Shown here: positions 10,460-20,845 of the stretch, in pieces | How positions within the stretch are numbered: the stretch's first letter is position 1 | How the letters are laid out: every line of letters starts with the position of its first letter | Assembly: GCA_018396695.1 (NCBI GenBank) | Contig: JAGTQU010000006.1 | Coordinates: 4,152 to 68,151, forward strand | Length of the DNA: 64,000 nt | DNA from: Candidatus Bathyarchaeota archaeon | GTDB taxonomy: Archaea; Thermoproteota; Bathyarchaeia; TCS64 | Direction: 5' to 3' | Notes under the pieces: model-generated | Databases searched by the model: none | Told to the model about the DNA's origin: nothing | Seen by the model: the letters and a program-made list of their open reading frames with translations, nothing else | Translations under genes and position numbers: made by a program

Positions 10460-11932
10460 TCATTTCATCGCTTCTACTGCCTTTCTCCCTAGGTCTCTGA
10501 CGAGGGAGACGGCGTATTCGAAGTCGCTCTTTCTACTCCTGTGGTTTGTCACTGCAGCTCTTAAGGAATATTTTCCTTTCACGGTCGTATCGCTGAACAT
10601 CCAGAAGATCACGTCGTTAATCCCCTGAGAAATCGTCTTGTTGAGCTTCTCTAATGCTTCCTCAGATAAACCTCCAGGATTATATCTGAAGCATACCACG
10701 TTACTGATTACGGGCGCTGTAAACTCCAAGTCTCCGCTCTCTTCTATGAGCTTAGCTAGATACTTTGCCTGGTCAAGATTCTTCTGGATTAGCCGGCTGA
10801 ATCTCCTCCGCCCGTAAGCCCTCAGAATCATGTAAGCATTGAGGCTTCGAAACTCTCTGCTCAACGGTAGGGCTAGGTTGTGAGGATTGCTGAGATGGTC
10901 TCCCTGAGCTTTTACACGGTCGAAGCCTGATTTGAGATATCGGGCTTCGTGACCGTATACGAAAGTCGCGTAGTGGGATAATTTATCCTTAATCAGGGTG
11001 CATCCGATGCCGTATGGCATATACATCCACTTATGGAGGTCTACAGCTATAGAGTCGGCTCTCTCCATTCCATCAGCAAGATGCCTATGGTTTTCGCTGA
11101 GCTTCACCCAGGCTCCGAATGCTCCATCGACATGTAGCCACATATTCTCCTTTAACGCCAATTCTGCTAAAGCGTTGAAGTCGTCGAAGGCCCCAGTATC
11201 CACAGTTCCAGCGTTGCCGACTATGCAGAACGGGTGACATCCCGCCTTCTTATCTTCTTCTATCGCTTCCACAAGCTTATTTATCTTGATGCGGTAGTTG
11301 TCGTCGGTTGGGATCCACCTTAGGTTCTCGTTCCCTATGCCTAGAAGCTCCACACTTCTCTCAAGGCAGTGGTGCCCACCGTCGCCCACGTAGAGAGTCA
11401 TCTTACTCGGAAGACCTTGCATACCTTTCGCTTTCATGTCTACCCTTGCCTTCGAGTTTCGGGCGACGGCTAAAGCAGTAAAGTTTGCTTCAGATCCTCC
11501 GCTTACGATGACCCCTCCAGCCTCCTTAGGGTAGTCTAGCATCTGCTTAATCCATTCAATGACTTGATTATGGACGAGACCTGCAGAGTTTAGGGCTTCG
11601 AGATTGGAGTTCACGCCTCCGCGTAGAAGCTCAGCCATCATGCCGAAAGGGGAACCCGTACCTACTACAGCTCCCCAGAACCTTGGTCTAATATTATTAT
11701 TCAATAGATGTGGTAGAATGCTCTTCTTAAAGACCTTATACGCCTCTTCTTCTCCCTCCCCGTCTTCTGGTAGTGGTGAGCATATATTCATAAAGGCACT
11801 CTGAGTAGGGAAACTCGAGGTATTCTCGGAGATGTTTTGCTGATAATCTATCATATCATCCAGTATCTTGTGTGCAAGTCTTCTGAAGCCGTCCCAATCA
11901 TCAGGATCTAAGCTCAAATAATCATAGTCCAT
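10460..11932 (-). CDS. Group II PLP-dependent amino acid decarboxylase (aromatic-L-amino-acid decarboxylase-like)
   Basis: SGGSEAN, AGTVDTGAFD, WLHVDGAFG, DLHKW (PLP lysine). Confidence 0.88.
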   Translation of the reverse strand: MDYDYLSLDPDDWDGFRRLAHKILDDMIDYQQNISENTSSFPTQSAFMNICSPLPEDGEGEEEAYKVFKKSILPHLLNNNIRPRFWGAVVGTGSPFGMMAELLRGGVNSNLEALNSAGLVHNQVIEWIKQMLDYPKEAGGVIVSGGSEANFTALAVARNSKARVDMKAKGMQGLPSKMTLYVGDGGHHCLERSVELLGIGNENLRWIPTDDNYRIKINKLVEAIEEDKKAGCHPFCIVGNAGTVDTGAFDDFNALAELALKENMWLHVDGAFGAWVKLSENHRHLADGMERADSIAVDLHKWMYMPYGIGCTLIKDKLSHYATFVYGHEARYLKSGFDRVKAQGDHLSNPHNLALPLSREFRSLNAYMILRAYGRRRFSRLIQKNLDQAKYLAKLIEESGDLEFTAPVISNVVCFRYNPGGLSEEALEKLNKTISQGINDVIFWMFSDTTVKGKYSLRAAVTNHRSRKSDFEYAVSLVRDLGRKAVEAMK

Positions 11933-12496
11933 ACAAATTCACCCTAATAGATTTCCATCGTCAAATATATCTTATGGCGAATCTAAAATGAGCAGAATCA
12001 AACTGTTAAAACCTTGTCTCAAAGAGAGTCTAGACTAGTATTGAAGGGCGCTTATCAGTTTCCGAGTTATCCCCTAGAATAAGATAAATTAGATAAACTA
12101 ACCAGAGATCCAAACTGAATATTTTCGGCAATAATGTTTAACTCAAGGTTTACGTCAGTTTCAACTTTGAACGAACTATACCCGCCGAAAACTTGAAAAC
12201 AAGTCTAACCAATATCTAAGAATTTCAAAGATTCGAGGCTGATGAAAGCCTTAGCACATGGAACTAGAGGCGTTTTACGAAGCAGGCGGAGCATATTAGT
12301 CGAAGTTCTAGATACCTTAAGAGTTTGTAAAACAATGGTTAGGGCACTTAATATAACGGAGGATATGAAGAAGATAATGTTTTAGGCGTTTTAACAACCC
12401 TACTCCTAGCCTTCATGCCACAATCGATCTCAAATGCCTCTTCAATCAAAAACATGGTAACAAAATAGCCCCGAAAATCAGCCTTAATTTTCTATT

Positions 12497-13240
12497 CTAA
12501 AATATTATTCGGCAGCTTACATTAAAGCTTCTGAATTTTGAGGAGAGCAGTCTCCCCATCTCGTGGAAGAAGCTATCACTACGCTTATCTTCTAAACCAT
12601 ATTTTTTATACACCCAGTCACCGTAATGGTAGTTTAGCCGATCGACTATCACATAGTCTACATTCGGGGCGAGAAGTTCAGGGAGATTCTCAGCTCCAGG
12701 GAGAACAGGGGCTATCATAGCATAGGTTCTAATACCTGCCAGATGAAGCCTCTCAAGAGCCTTAATCCTATCCTCGATCGGCGGGGCTTTAGGCTCGAAT
12801 ATTCTCCTAACTCCATCATCAGCCGTTGTCACGGTGAACCCGACCTCAAAAGCTTCCGCTTCTCTGATAACATCCATATCTCGCAAAACAAGTGGAGAAC
12901 GGGTTTGAATAATAGCCGGCCAGCTATGCCTTCTTAGTATCTCAAGGCACCTCCTAGTTAGCTCGTATTTTTCCTCTAGAGGCTGGTACGGATCGCATAC
13001 TCCGCTAACCCAAACTCTTCCACGTTTTTTCTTAATAATTTCAGCTGAGAGGAGTGCTGGAGCATTAATCTTCACGTCAACAAACTCGCCCCAACGCTCC
13101 TGGTGTCCTGTGAATCTCTTCATAAACCTTGCATAACAGTAGGTACACCCATGTTGGCATCCAGTGTAGGGATTCACAACGTAATCATAAACTTTAGATT
13201 CGTTGAGAATATGCTTGGCTTTAACTTCTTTGATGATCAT
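12497..13240 (-). CDS. Radical SAM protein (SplB/Rv2578c-like)
   Basis: NPYTGCQHGCTYCYA, DPYQPLE. Confidence 0.85.
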   Translation of the reverse strand: MIIKEVKAKHILNESKVYDYVVNPYTGCQHGCTYCYARFMKRFTGHQERWGEFVDVKINAPALLSAEIIKKKRGRVWVSGVCDPYQPLEEKYELTRRCLEILRRHSWPAIIQTRSPLVLRDMDVIREAEAFEVGFTVTTADDGVRRIFEPKAPPIEDRIKALERLHLAGIRTYAMIAPVLPGAENLPELLAPNVDYVIVDRLNYHYGDWVYKKYGLEDKRSDSFFHEMGRLLSSKFRSFNVSCRIIF

Positions 13241-13440
13241 GTTTAATCCTTCTTAATCTAGGATGCTGAAACCCTCCTACGAGTTATAGGTAGCCATTCA
13301 TCTAACTCCAACTTCAACTTCCTCGCTGAGCGGTTCAGCCTCATTAAACTCTAAACTCATTTTCAAGACATGATAAAAGATTTCCTCAATCTTAAACCCT
13401 TCATTGAAAGGCATGAATATAAAAACTAGACCGCTTTTTT

Positions 13441-14394
13441 TTACCTGAAGACGTGTCCTCTGCCTTCGAGAAATCTCTGCACATCCTCAAATGATGGAAT
13501 TGCTTCAACGTCTCCACGTACAGTGATGCATAAAGCTCCAGCCGCGTTCGCTATCTCCAGAGACTTCTCGATACTAAAATTTCTCAGCATCGATGAAAGA
13601 AACGCTGCATCAAAGGAGTCTCCCGCACCTATCGTGTCTACAACTGGAACTTTAAATGCTGCTTTCATCACTGCTTCCTCAGAATTAGCCGCATATGCTC
13701 CCCGCTCCCCCATCTTTACCACAACTATCTTTGGTCCCATGGACAGAAACATCTCAGCTGCCTTGCTGGGCTCGCTCTCGCCTATAAGAATCCCGGCGTC
13801 TTCAGTATCAGTAAAAAGGATGTCAACCTTTTCAAAATACTTTGAGACGATTCTCCTAGCTTCATCAGGACTCCAAAGCTTAAGCCTGATATTGGTGTCG
13901 AAGGATATCTTGACTCCAGCTTCCTCAGCAACTTTGAAAGCTCTATCTACTGCACGCCGACACGATTCACTGAGGGCTAGCGTAACTCCAGTCGTGTGAA
14001 ACACCTTGGCTGACGAAATATAATTCTGATCAACGTCTTCAGGAGAGATTTTGCTTGCCGCCGACCCCTTTCTATAATAATAGACAACGCTCTTACCTGG
14101 TACAGGGTAGTCTCTCTGTACAAAATATAAGCCCGTCGGAGCCTCATGATCGAACCTCACATGCGAAACGTCTACTCCTTCCCCCTTAAGAAAATTGTAG
14201 ATAAATCTGCCGAACTCGTCTGAACCAAGTCTACTCACCCAACCTGCAGAGTGCCCCATCCTTACAGCACCGACTGCAACATTTGACTCCGTCCCGGCTG
14301 AGTGTTTCTCAAAGTAGTTAACGTATCTAAGAGGACCTGATGTGAACGCATTCAGCTGGATCATCGTCTCCCCCATAGTAACAATATCAACCAA
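13441..14394 (-). CDS. kdgK: PfkB-family sugar kinase, probable 2-keto-3-deoxygluconate kinase
   Basis: AGTESNVA, YYRKGSAAS, FDTNIR.KLW, DTIGAGDSF; adjacent to an Eda-type aldolase. Confidence 0.8.
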   Translation of the reverse strand: MVDIVTMGETMIQLNAFTSGPLRYVNYFEKHSAGTESNVAVGAVRMGHSAGWVSRLGSDEFGRFIYNFLKGEGVDVSHVRFDHEAPTGLYFVQRDYPVPGKSVVYYYRKGSAASKISPEDVDQNYISSAKVFHTTGVTLALSESCRRAVDRAFKVAEEAGVKISFDTNIRLKLWSPDEARRIVSKYFEKVDILFTDTEDAGILIGESEPSKAAEMFLSMGPKIVVVKMGERGAYAANSEEAVMKAAFKVPVVDTIGAGDSFDAAFLSSMLRNFSIEKSLEIANAAGALCITVRGDVEAIPSFEDVQRFLEGRGHVFR

Positions 14395-14415
14395 ATCGAT
14401 CCGCCTCTAATATCT

Positions 14416-15114
14416 TCAGCCTTTTTTCCTCTTAGCTTCTTTTATCCATTCGAGGCACTGTTTCACATTTTCCCTTATAGCTTCAAAATTTCGCTCCATA
14501 ACTAAATCTCTGTTGACAAGCTCTGAACCTACGTTTAAAGCAACAGCGCCCGCCTCAATCCATTTCATAACCTCTTCCCGGTTAAATTTGACTCCTCCTG
14601 AAGGCATTAACAGCGTACGTGGAGAAGGTCCGAGGATAGCCTTAACGAACATCGGTGTCAAAACGCAGGCTGGGAATAGCTTGACAAGTTCGATCCCCAT
14701 TTCTTCAGCTTCGGAGATCTCTGTCGGTGTCATACAGCCAGGTATATACAATACTCTACGGCGGTGGCAGATTTTTGCAACTTCAGAGTTAAATGAGGGT
14801 CCGACTATGAAATTTGCACCCGAGTTAATGTATTGAGAGGCTGTTGAGGGTTCGATGATTGTACCTGCTCCAAGGATTGCATCCTTATACTCGGCGTCGC
14901 ACCACTTTAAAAGATTATTGAAAACGTCTAAAGCTCTATCGCCACGGTTAGTAAACTCTATTGTTTTGGCTCCTCCTTCTAAACAAGCCTTCACAACGTT
15001 TTTTGCTATTTCAAAGTCTCCCTCAAAGAAGACGGGTAACAATCCTGTATTGAGTATCTTTTCCAATACTCTGTGTTTTGAGGACTTGGACATGATTATA
15101 TCATATCTTAACAT
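14416..15114 (-). CDS. eda: KDPG/KHG aldolase (bacterial Eda type)
   Basis: IEFTNR, GAGTI, PGCMTPTEI, VKLFPA, MPSGGV; true start may be the ATG at 15093. Confidence 0.85.
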   Translation of the reverse strand: MLRYDIIMSKSSKHRVLEKILNTGLLPVFFEGDFEIAKNVVKACLEGGAKTIEFTNRGDRALDVFNNLLKWCDAEYKDAILGAGTIIEPSTASQYINSGANFIVGPSFNSEVAKICHRRRVLYIPGCMTPTEISEAEEMGIELVKLFPACVLTPMFVKAILGPSPRTLLMPSGGVKFNREEVMKWIEAGAVALNVGSELVNRDLVMERNFEAIRENVKQCLEWIKEAKRKKG

Positions 15115-15307
15115 AACTATATTTTTTAAGATTCGCGAAATGTGAGATTTTCACTGTCTAACTTTTCCACAAATATAAGGATCAATTCTCATGGGTCGGA
15201 ACCTTTTTGGATTTAATTTTAGAAAAGGGTTTTTCTTAATGCGAATAAGCCATCGAATTTCTCTGTTCCCAGTAAATCTTTGAATAAAATAGGTTTTAAA
15301 CATAAGC

Positions 15308-15871
15308 CTATTCGCTTCTGAGGACCCCTCTTTTTTTAACTGCTTTAGCAAGAGCATAGCCTACAGGTATGGTGTAAAGTGTAATAGTGGCATTAAATAA
15401 TGCTATTAAAGGGAGATAAGCAGTAACGATTTCAAAAGGAATACCGAATCCGAGTGGAGGAGGATAAGGTAATAAGGTTCCGTTAATTAAAGTCATCGCA
15501 GTAACCCTTAAAGCTAAGCCTAATCCTGTGGAAGCAGTTAGTTCTCGTAAACCGCTACTTCGATTGCTTTTGCTCGAAAGCTTTACAGCCGACACGATGC
15601 CGAAAAGCATACTCAAAACAGCTGCGAGATTGTAGAAAGGCCCTGTAGGAAGTGCTCCAGGGAAGACGATCAAAAGCACGAGCGTATTCACAAAAGATAT
15701 TATGATCCCAGTTTTGAAACAATAAAGCAGAGTCACAGCTACGATAGGGATCTCCCAGATCTGGTATATTAGGAAAGGCGCATATGGAGCAGGGATTTTA
15801 AACGGGGAAAGGTTCAGTACGACTGTTAAGGCTGTAAAGACTATTATTATCGAAATATTCTTGGTGTCCAT
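15308..15871 (-). CDS. Membrane protein, ECF transporter S-component-like
   Basis: About 6 TM helices, APFLIYQIWEIP motif, 187 aa. Confidence 0.6.
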   Translation of the reverse strand: MDTKNISIIIVFTALTVVLNLSPFKIPAPYAPFLIYQIWEIPIVAVTLLYCFKTGIIISFVNTLVLLIVFPGALPTGPFYNLAAVLSMLFGIVSAVKLSSKSNRSSGLRELTASTGLGLALRVTAMTLINGTLLPYPPPLGFGIPFEIVTAYLPLIALFNATITLYTIPVGYALAKAVKKRGVLRSE

Positions 15872-15916
15872 ATCTTTTCCTTTGTGAGCTAGAGTATAAA
15901 TATTTAAAAGTAACTA

Positions 15917-16144
15917 CTAATTTTTAGGTAGATTTCTCAGCCAAAAATCCACTGAAAGGGAAAAGAATGGGTGTGGTTCTGCTCTAGGTTTAATCCAGTA
16001 AGCAAGTTTCTCTTTTATGGATTCTAGCTCATCTATGTTTTGCCTCAATCTTTCAAGCTCAGAATCGATTTGGCTGAAGATTCTTCTATCCCTTCAGAAA
16101 CCCATCTTTTTCTCCAACCCTTCTACTCTCTTTTCAAAAATCAT
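15917..16144 (-). pseudogene. Short coiled-coil ORF interrupted by an in-frame TGA
   Basis: MIFEKRVEGLEKKMGF*RDRRIFSQIDSELERLRQNIDELESIKEKLAYWIKP...; TGA at 16096-16094. Confidence 0.3.
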
Positions 16145-16330
16145 TTACAATGGAGTATCTTAGATTTGTATATCCTTCATCTTTATATAAATGAGACGAT
16201 GATGTCCAAATATAGACTATTTTAGAAACTCGCCATAAGAAGTTCTAAAAAACAACAAATCTAGTCATAAGAAAGGGTTTAAGATTAAACGTAACGGCGA
16301 TGAGATTATGACGTAAAGAGACATAATAAA

Positions 16331-16927
16331 TTAGATCCTTTTCACTCTGCTACCCTTATCAGTTAATTCTACTAATCTACCCTTTAAACTAGGCTGATAC
16401 TTCTTAATCTTCTTTATCAGTTCCTCGGGTTCTTTAGGAGAAATCATATAAACCTTCTCTTCAGTTATCAACAATATAATGATGTCTTCGGTGTTGGTAT
16501 AATCTAAAAACTTGAATCCATTCTTCCTCAGAGACTCTATCGCCATCCTTTCTTGCTGAATAACCTCTCTGGGGATCCTGCCTTTAGACTTGACATATAC
16601 TTCAACTTCTCTTATTTCACGAAAGGATAAGGTTACAGGCTTCTTATAAATCCGGTAGATGGTAAGCTTGTCACGGCTTAACTCATATCGGCTCGTATAA
16701 ATAGGAGCATTTCTGGGCATGTAGAAACCGACAAAAAAGCTAAGGACGATTATGACAAGGTTACTCATGAAATCTATTGAGAGAATAGGGAGACCAGCCA
16801 ATAAACCGCTGACAGTGTAGAAGAGGATCATTGAGAAAATGGAGATATTTATCACAGGAACGAAGGTTCCTAAAAACCTTCTCTTCCTATCCAGCGGACA
16901 CTCAGCGATAAACTCCTTTTTACTCAA
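16331..16927 (-). CDS. Hypothetical membrane protein (2 TM helices plus a PH-like domain)
   Basis: Two N-terminal TM helices, then YELSRDKLTI...ISPKEPEEL pattern. Confidence 0.6.
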   Translation of the reverse strand: MSKKEFIAECPLDRKRRFLGTFVPVINISIFSMILFYTVSGLLAGLPILSIDFMSNLVIIVLSFFVGFYMPRNAPIYTSRYELSRDKLTIYRIYKKPVTLSFREIREVEVYVKSKGRIPREVIQQERMAIESLRKNGFKFLDYTNTEDIIILLITEEKVYMISPKEPEELIKKIKKYQPSLKGRLVELTDKGSRVKRI

Positions 16928-17017
16928 ACCATCTCTTAATTAAGCCTCTAAGCTTCTTAATTTTTAAGGTATCGAAAAAGATGCAAAAGATTAGAGAGTG
17001 TAAAAGGGGAAAGTTAG

Positions 17018-17557
17018 GTGATGACTGTAAAGATTCTCAGACTAGGTCATAGACCCTCAAGGGATAAACGCGTTACAACTCACCTTCTCCTAGCCGCCCG
17101 CGCACTAGGCGCGTCAGGTGCCATCTATACAGGTGTCAAAGACGATCAGCTAGAAAAGAGAATTCAGGGAATAAACTTGAGCTGGGGTGGATGCTTCGAA
17201 ATATCCTTTGCCAAGGACTGGTCTAAAGAGATCAAAAGCTGGAAAAAACATGGGAAAGTAGTTCATCTGACGATGTACGGTTTATCAATCAAAAAGGTTA
17301 TCGAGGAAATAAGGCGAGACGAATCCGATAAACTCATTATAGTTGGAGGAGCCAAGGTTCCTGGAGAGGTCTTCAACATAGCTGACTGGAACGTGTCTAT
17401 AACTTCTCAACCCCACTCAGAGGTGAGCGCATTGGCAATCTTCCTTCATGAGTTATTCGATGGAAACGAGCTGAACTTAACATTCGAAAAAGCCAGGTTG
17501 AGGATAGTCCCTCAGGGGCAAGGGAAAAAGGTCATAGAATCTCAGGATAATGTTTAA
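17018..17557 (+). CDS. trm56: tRNA (cytidine(56)-2'-O)-methyltransferase
   Basis: LRLGHRPSRDKRVTTH, HLTMYG, VGGAKVP, QPHSEVSALA. Confidence 0.95.
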   Translation: MMTVKILRLGHRPSRDKRVTTHLLLAARALGASGAIYTGVKDDQLEKRIQGINLSWGGCFEISFAKDWSKEIKSWKKHGKVVHLTMYGLSIKKVIEEIRRDESDKLIIVGGAKVPGEVFNIADWNVSITSQPHSEVSALAIFLHELFDGNELNLTFEKARLRIVPQGQGKKVIESQDNV

Positions 17558-17608
17558 AGATTTAAGTCTCGCATCAACCCTATTTAATGTAGGAGTGAAC
17601 TCAATACT

Positions 17609-18121
17609 TTGGATAGCGGCGTCAGCTACGACACTCTACTAGAAATAGCAAGGGTCATTGGAGGGGAGGAAGGAGCGAAGATACTCGAGATACTCCATGA
17701 AGTCGGAGATATCACAGTTGAAGAACTCGCAGAAAAGACAGGGATCGAAGTAAATACTATTCGTAAGCTCCTATACAAGTTTTATAATCACAGCATAATC
17801 ACCTCGAGAAGATTCAGAGATAAAGAAACTGGATGGTTCATCTTCCAGTGGAGGCTGCAGCCTGAGCTCTTATCCGCCTTTATACAAGGGCTCAAGCAGA
17901 AGATTTTGAAGAAGCTTCAAGTCAAACTTGAATACGAGCTTAATCACGAGTTTTATCACTGCGGAAACCCTAGTTGCCCCAAAATACCATTTGAAGAAGC
18001 TATGGAGGTAGTTTTCCACTGTCCTGTCTGCAATTCTCCGCTGAAACCCTTAAACAATACAAAGACCATAGACTTTCTAAAAAGAAAGATATCTGAGATT
18101 GAGGAGGAGCTAAAGAATTGA
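17609..18121 (+). CDS. tfe: Transcription factor E alpha subunit
   Basis: wHTH with RDKETGWFIFQW, Zn ribbon (CGNPSC...FHCPVC); trm56-tfe-HD synteny. Confidence 0.92.
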   Translation: MDSGVSYDTLLEIARVIGGEEGAKILEILHEVGDITVEELAEKTGIEVNTIRKLLYKFYNHSIITSRRFRDKETGWFIFQWRLQPELLSAFIQGLKQKILKKLQVKLEYELNHEFYHCGNPSCPKIPFEEAMEVVFHCPVCNSPLKPLNNTKTIDFLKRKISEIEEELKN

Positions 18122-18651
18122 ACCTTCCTACACGTGAAGAAGCGATAAAACTCATGTTCGAAGCTGGGTGTAGTCAGTCAGTCGTCGACCATTGTCTAAT
18201 AGTATCCAAAGTCGCATTGAATCTTGTTCAGGAGCTTAAAATCCATGGAATTCAAGTCGATTCAATGCTCGTAGAGATAGGTGCATTAATGCATGACATA
18301 GGGAGGTCGAAAACACACTCAGTGGAGCACGGAGTAGCTGGAGGAGAAGTCGCTCGAAAAAAAGGTTTACCAGAACCCCTCGCCAAGATAATAGAGAGAC
18401 ATGTCGGAGCAGGGATCACAGAAGACGAGGCAGAGAGAATCGGCTTAAAACGAGGCAACTATGTCCCTGAAACCCTGGAGGAGAAGATAGTCGCCTATGC
18501 AGATAAACTCGTAGAAGGGTCCAGACAAGTAGACCTCGAAGTAACTGTCGAAAAATTCAGGAAAGAACTAGGTGAAGATCATCCCGTCGTTGAGAGGTTG
18601 AGATCGCTCCAAAATGAGATAGTTAGCCTACTCGAAGTAAATAGCTTATAA
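18118..18651 (+). CDS. HDIG-domain phosphohydrolase (TIGR00295-like)
   Basis: H...MHDIGRS..H..EHG, ERHVGAG, EEKIVAYADK. Confidence 0.88.
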   Translation: MNLPTREEAIKLMFEAGCSQSVVDHCLIVSKVALNLVQELKIHGIQVDSMLVEIGALMHDIGRSKTHSVEHGVAGGEVARKKGLPEPLAKIIERHVGAGITEDEAERIGLKRGNYVPETLEEKIVAYADKLVEGSRQVDLEVTVEKFRKELGEDHPVVERLRSLQNEIVSLLEVNSL

Positions 18652-18687
18652 ACTCATCATCTAAATTCTAATCCTGAATTAAGAAGA

Positions 18688-18762
18688 GGGCCGGTCGTCT
18701 AGTTTGGTCGGGATGCCGCCCTTACGAGGCGGAGGTCGCCGGTTCAAGTCCGGCCCGGCCCA
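18688..18762 (+). tRNA. tRNA-Val(TAC), no intron, CCA not encoded
   Basis: Acceptor GGGCCGG/CCGGCCC + A; anticodon arm CCGCC-CT TAC GA-GGCGG; T arm GGTTCAAGTCC. Confidence 0.95.
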
Positions 18763-18949
18763 CTTTTCAACACTGTGTTGGAGCATCGCTTCCAGAAAAG
18801 TTAGTAATTATGTCTTGCCTAGCTATTTCGTTAGTTCTCGAGTGCTAGAGTCATACAAAGTTTAGATCCGTCAATTCATTAAAAATAGAACTTTACTCGA
18901 ATTAAGAAAGTCTTTTTTCTTCTAAGCATCGAATATTGATGATTCCTAT

Positions 18950-20845
18950 ATGTCTAGTCTGAGTATTACAGCTAATGATCCTGGAAAGATAGTTCTCCTA
19001 ATGGGGAATGAAGCTATTGCAAGAGGCGCAATAGAAGCAGGGGTTTCTGTTGCGGCATCATATCCAGGTACTCCGGCATCCGAGATCGGTGATACTTTCA
19101 GCAGAATAGCGGATAAAGTTCGGCTCTACTTCGAATGGTCTACAAACGAGAAAGTCGCCTTCGAAGTGGCTTTCGGTGCCTCAATGTGTGGGTTAAGAAG
19201 CATCGTGTCGATGAAGCATGTCGGGTTAAACGTCGCCCTCGATATACTAAACCTTGCAAGCCTCCGTGGTGTGAAAGGGGGTCTCGTAATCGTCTCCGCA
19301 GACGATCCCTCTCAACACAGTAGTGGACAGGAGCAGGATAATAGATGGCTGGCTAAGATGAACTGCATACCTGTCCTTGAACCATCAACTCCTCAAGACG
19401 CAAAAGAGTTGACAGCATACGCTTTCGAGCTCTCGGAGAAGGTGAGGTTGCCTGTCATGGTTAGAACCGTGACTAGGCTCAGCCACATGAGAAGCGACGT
19501 CTCTCTCGGACGGATAAATAAATCTGATAAGAAGGCTGAGTTCGATTGGGAAGGCTTCAGTTACCGTGTCGCAGGATTTGCGAAACTTTTCTATAGAGAA
19601 AAGGAGTTGAATGAAAAACTCGACCTTGTCAGAGAAGAGTTTGAGAGCCTAAGCTTCAACATGCTTAAGCTTAACGGGGATGAGAGGCTTGGGATCGTAG
19701 GCGCAGGACTTTCATTCAACTACGTGGTCGATGCAGTTAGAAGGCTAGGTGTTGAAAATAACGTCGCATACTTGAAATTATCTTCATCCTACCCGCTCCC
19801 CGAGAATCTTGTAGGCAGGTTGCTAGAAACCGTTGATGAGCTGCTTGTGGTTGAGGAGGTCGACCCCTTCGTAGAGCTTCACGTTAAGGGTCTTGCAAAG
19901 GATTTCAATCCAAGCCTGAAGTTATATGGTAGGATGAATGGATGCCTTCCGAAGGAGGGAGAGCTAAACCAAATAATCGTCGGAGATGCGATTTCAAATC
20001 TACTCGGCGTAGATATTCGCCGCGAGTCTCGCCTCGTTCTTGAGAAGAAGGCTCGAGAGGTTCTATTTGAAAGGATGCTGACTCTCTGCGCCGGTTGTCC
20101 TCACAGGGCGACTCTATACGCTCTCAAAGAAGCCGTTAGGGAAGTGAAGGGAGACTTAAAGAGCGTGGTTGTGAATGGTGACATTGGATGCTATGGGCTG
20201 GGGCATGCGCCCCCAATAAGCTTCGAGGATACCTACTTCTGCATGGGTGCCAGTATTGGCGTCTCTCAAGGGATGTCTCAGGTAGGCGTCGATAGCATCG
20301 CATTCATCGGAGATGGCACTTTCTTCCACGCCGGGATCCCTGCTCTCATCAACGCTGTATATAATCGGCATAATATCAAGGTCGTCGTAGCTGACAATCA
20401 GGTAATAGCCATGACGGGCTTTCAGCCGCACCCTCAGTCAGGGAGAACAGCGATGGGAAAGCCTACTAAGCGGATAATGATCGAGGACATCGCTAAGGCG
20501 TGTGGGGTCGACCATGTTGAGGTTGTTGATCCTTATAGTTTAGGCAAAGCGAAGGAAGCTTTCACTAGAATGCTTAAAACCGAAGGCGTAGCCATGGTGA
20601 TAGCTAGAAGGATATGTGCTACTGAGGCAGTAAGATCTATGCGACCTAATCGACCTACACCATATGTCGTGGATCCGGATTTATGTATAGGGTGCAGAAT
20701 ATGCATGACGACTTTTGGATGCCCAGCCTTGACATGGATCGATGACGAGAAGAAAGCAGTGATCGACAAAGCATTATGTATGGGCTGCGGGGTATGCATG
20801 CAAATATGTCCTCAAGAAGCCATAAAGGGATCCAAGGTGTCATAA
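18950..20845 (+). CDS. iorA: Indolepyruvate:ferredoxin oxidoreductase alpha subunit
   Basis: MGNEAIARGA, YPGTP, NEKVA, MKHVGLN, LCAGCPHR, GDIGCY, GDGTFFH, C-terminal 2x[4Fe-4S]. Confidence 0.93.
   Translation: MSSLSITANDPGKIVLLMGNEAIARGAIEAGVSVAASYPGTPASEIGDTFSRIADKVRLYFEWSTNEKVAFEVAFGASMCGLRSIVSMKHVGLNVALDILNLASLRGVKGGLVIVSADDPSQHSSGQEQDNRWLAKMNCIPVLEPSTPQDAKELTAYAFELSEKVRLPVMVRTVTRLSHMRSDVSLGRINKSDKKAEFDWEGFSYRVAGFAKLFYREKELNEKLDLVREEFESLSFNMLKLNGDERLGIVGAGLSFNYVVDAVRRLGVENNVAYLKLSSSYPLPENLVGRLLETVDELLVVEEVDPFVELHVKGLAKDFNPSLKLYGRMNGCLPKEGELNQIIVGDAISNLLGVDIRRESRLVLEKKAREVLFERMLTLCAGCPHRATLYALKEAVREVKGDLKSVVVNGDIGCYGLGHAPPISFEDTYFCMGASIGVSQGMSQVGVDSIAFIGDGTFFHAGIPALINAVYNRHNIKVVVADNQVIAMTGFQPHPQSGRTAMGKPTKRIMIEDIAKACGVDHVEVVDPYSLGKAKEAFTRMLKTEGVAMVIARRICATEAVRSMRPNRPTPYVVDPDLCIGCRICMTTFGCPALTWIDDEKKAVIDKALCMGCGVCMQICPQEAIKGSKVS

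Noticed and set aside
12242-12385. 47-aa ORF (MKALAHGTRGVLRSRRSILVEVL...) resembling a wHTH start
   Set aside because: Too short and weak to call; at most a remnant.
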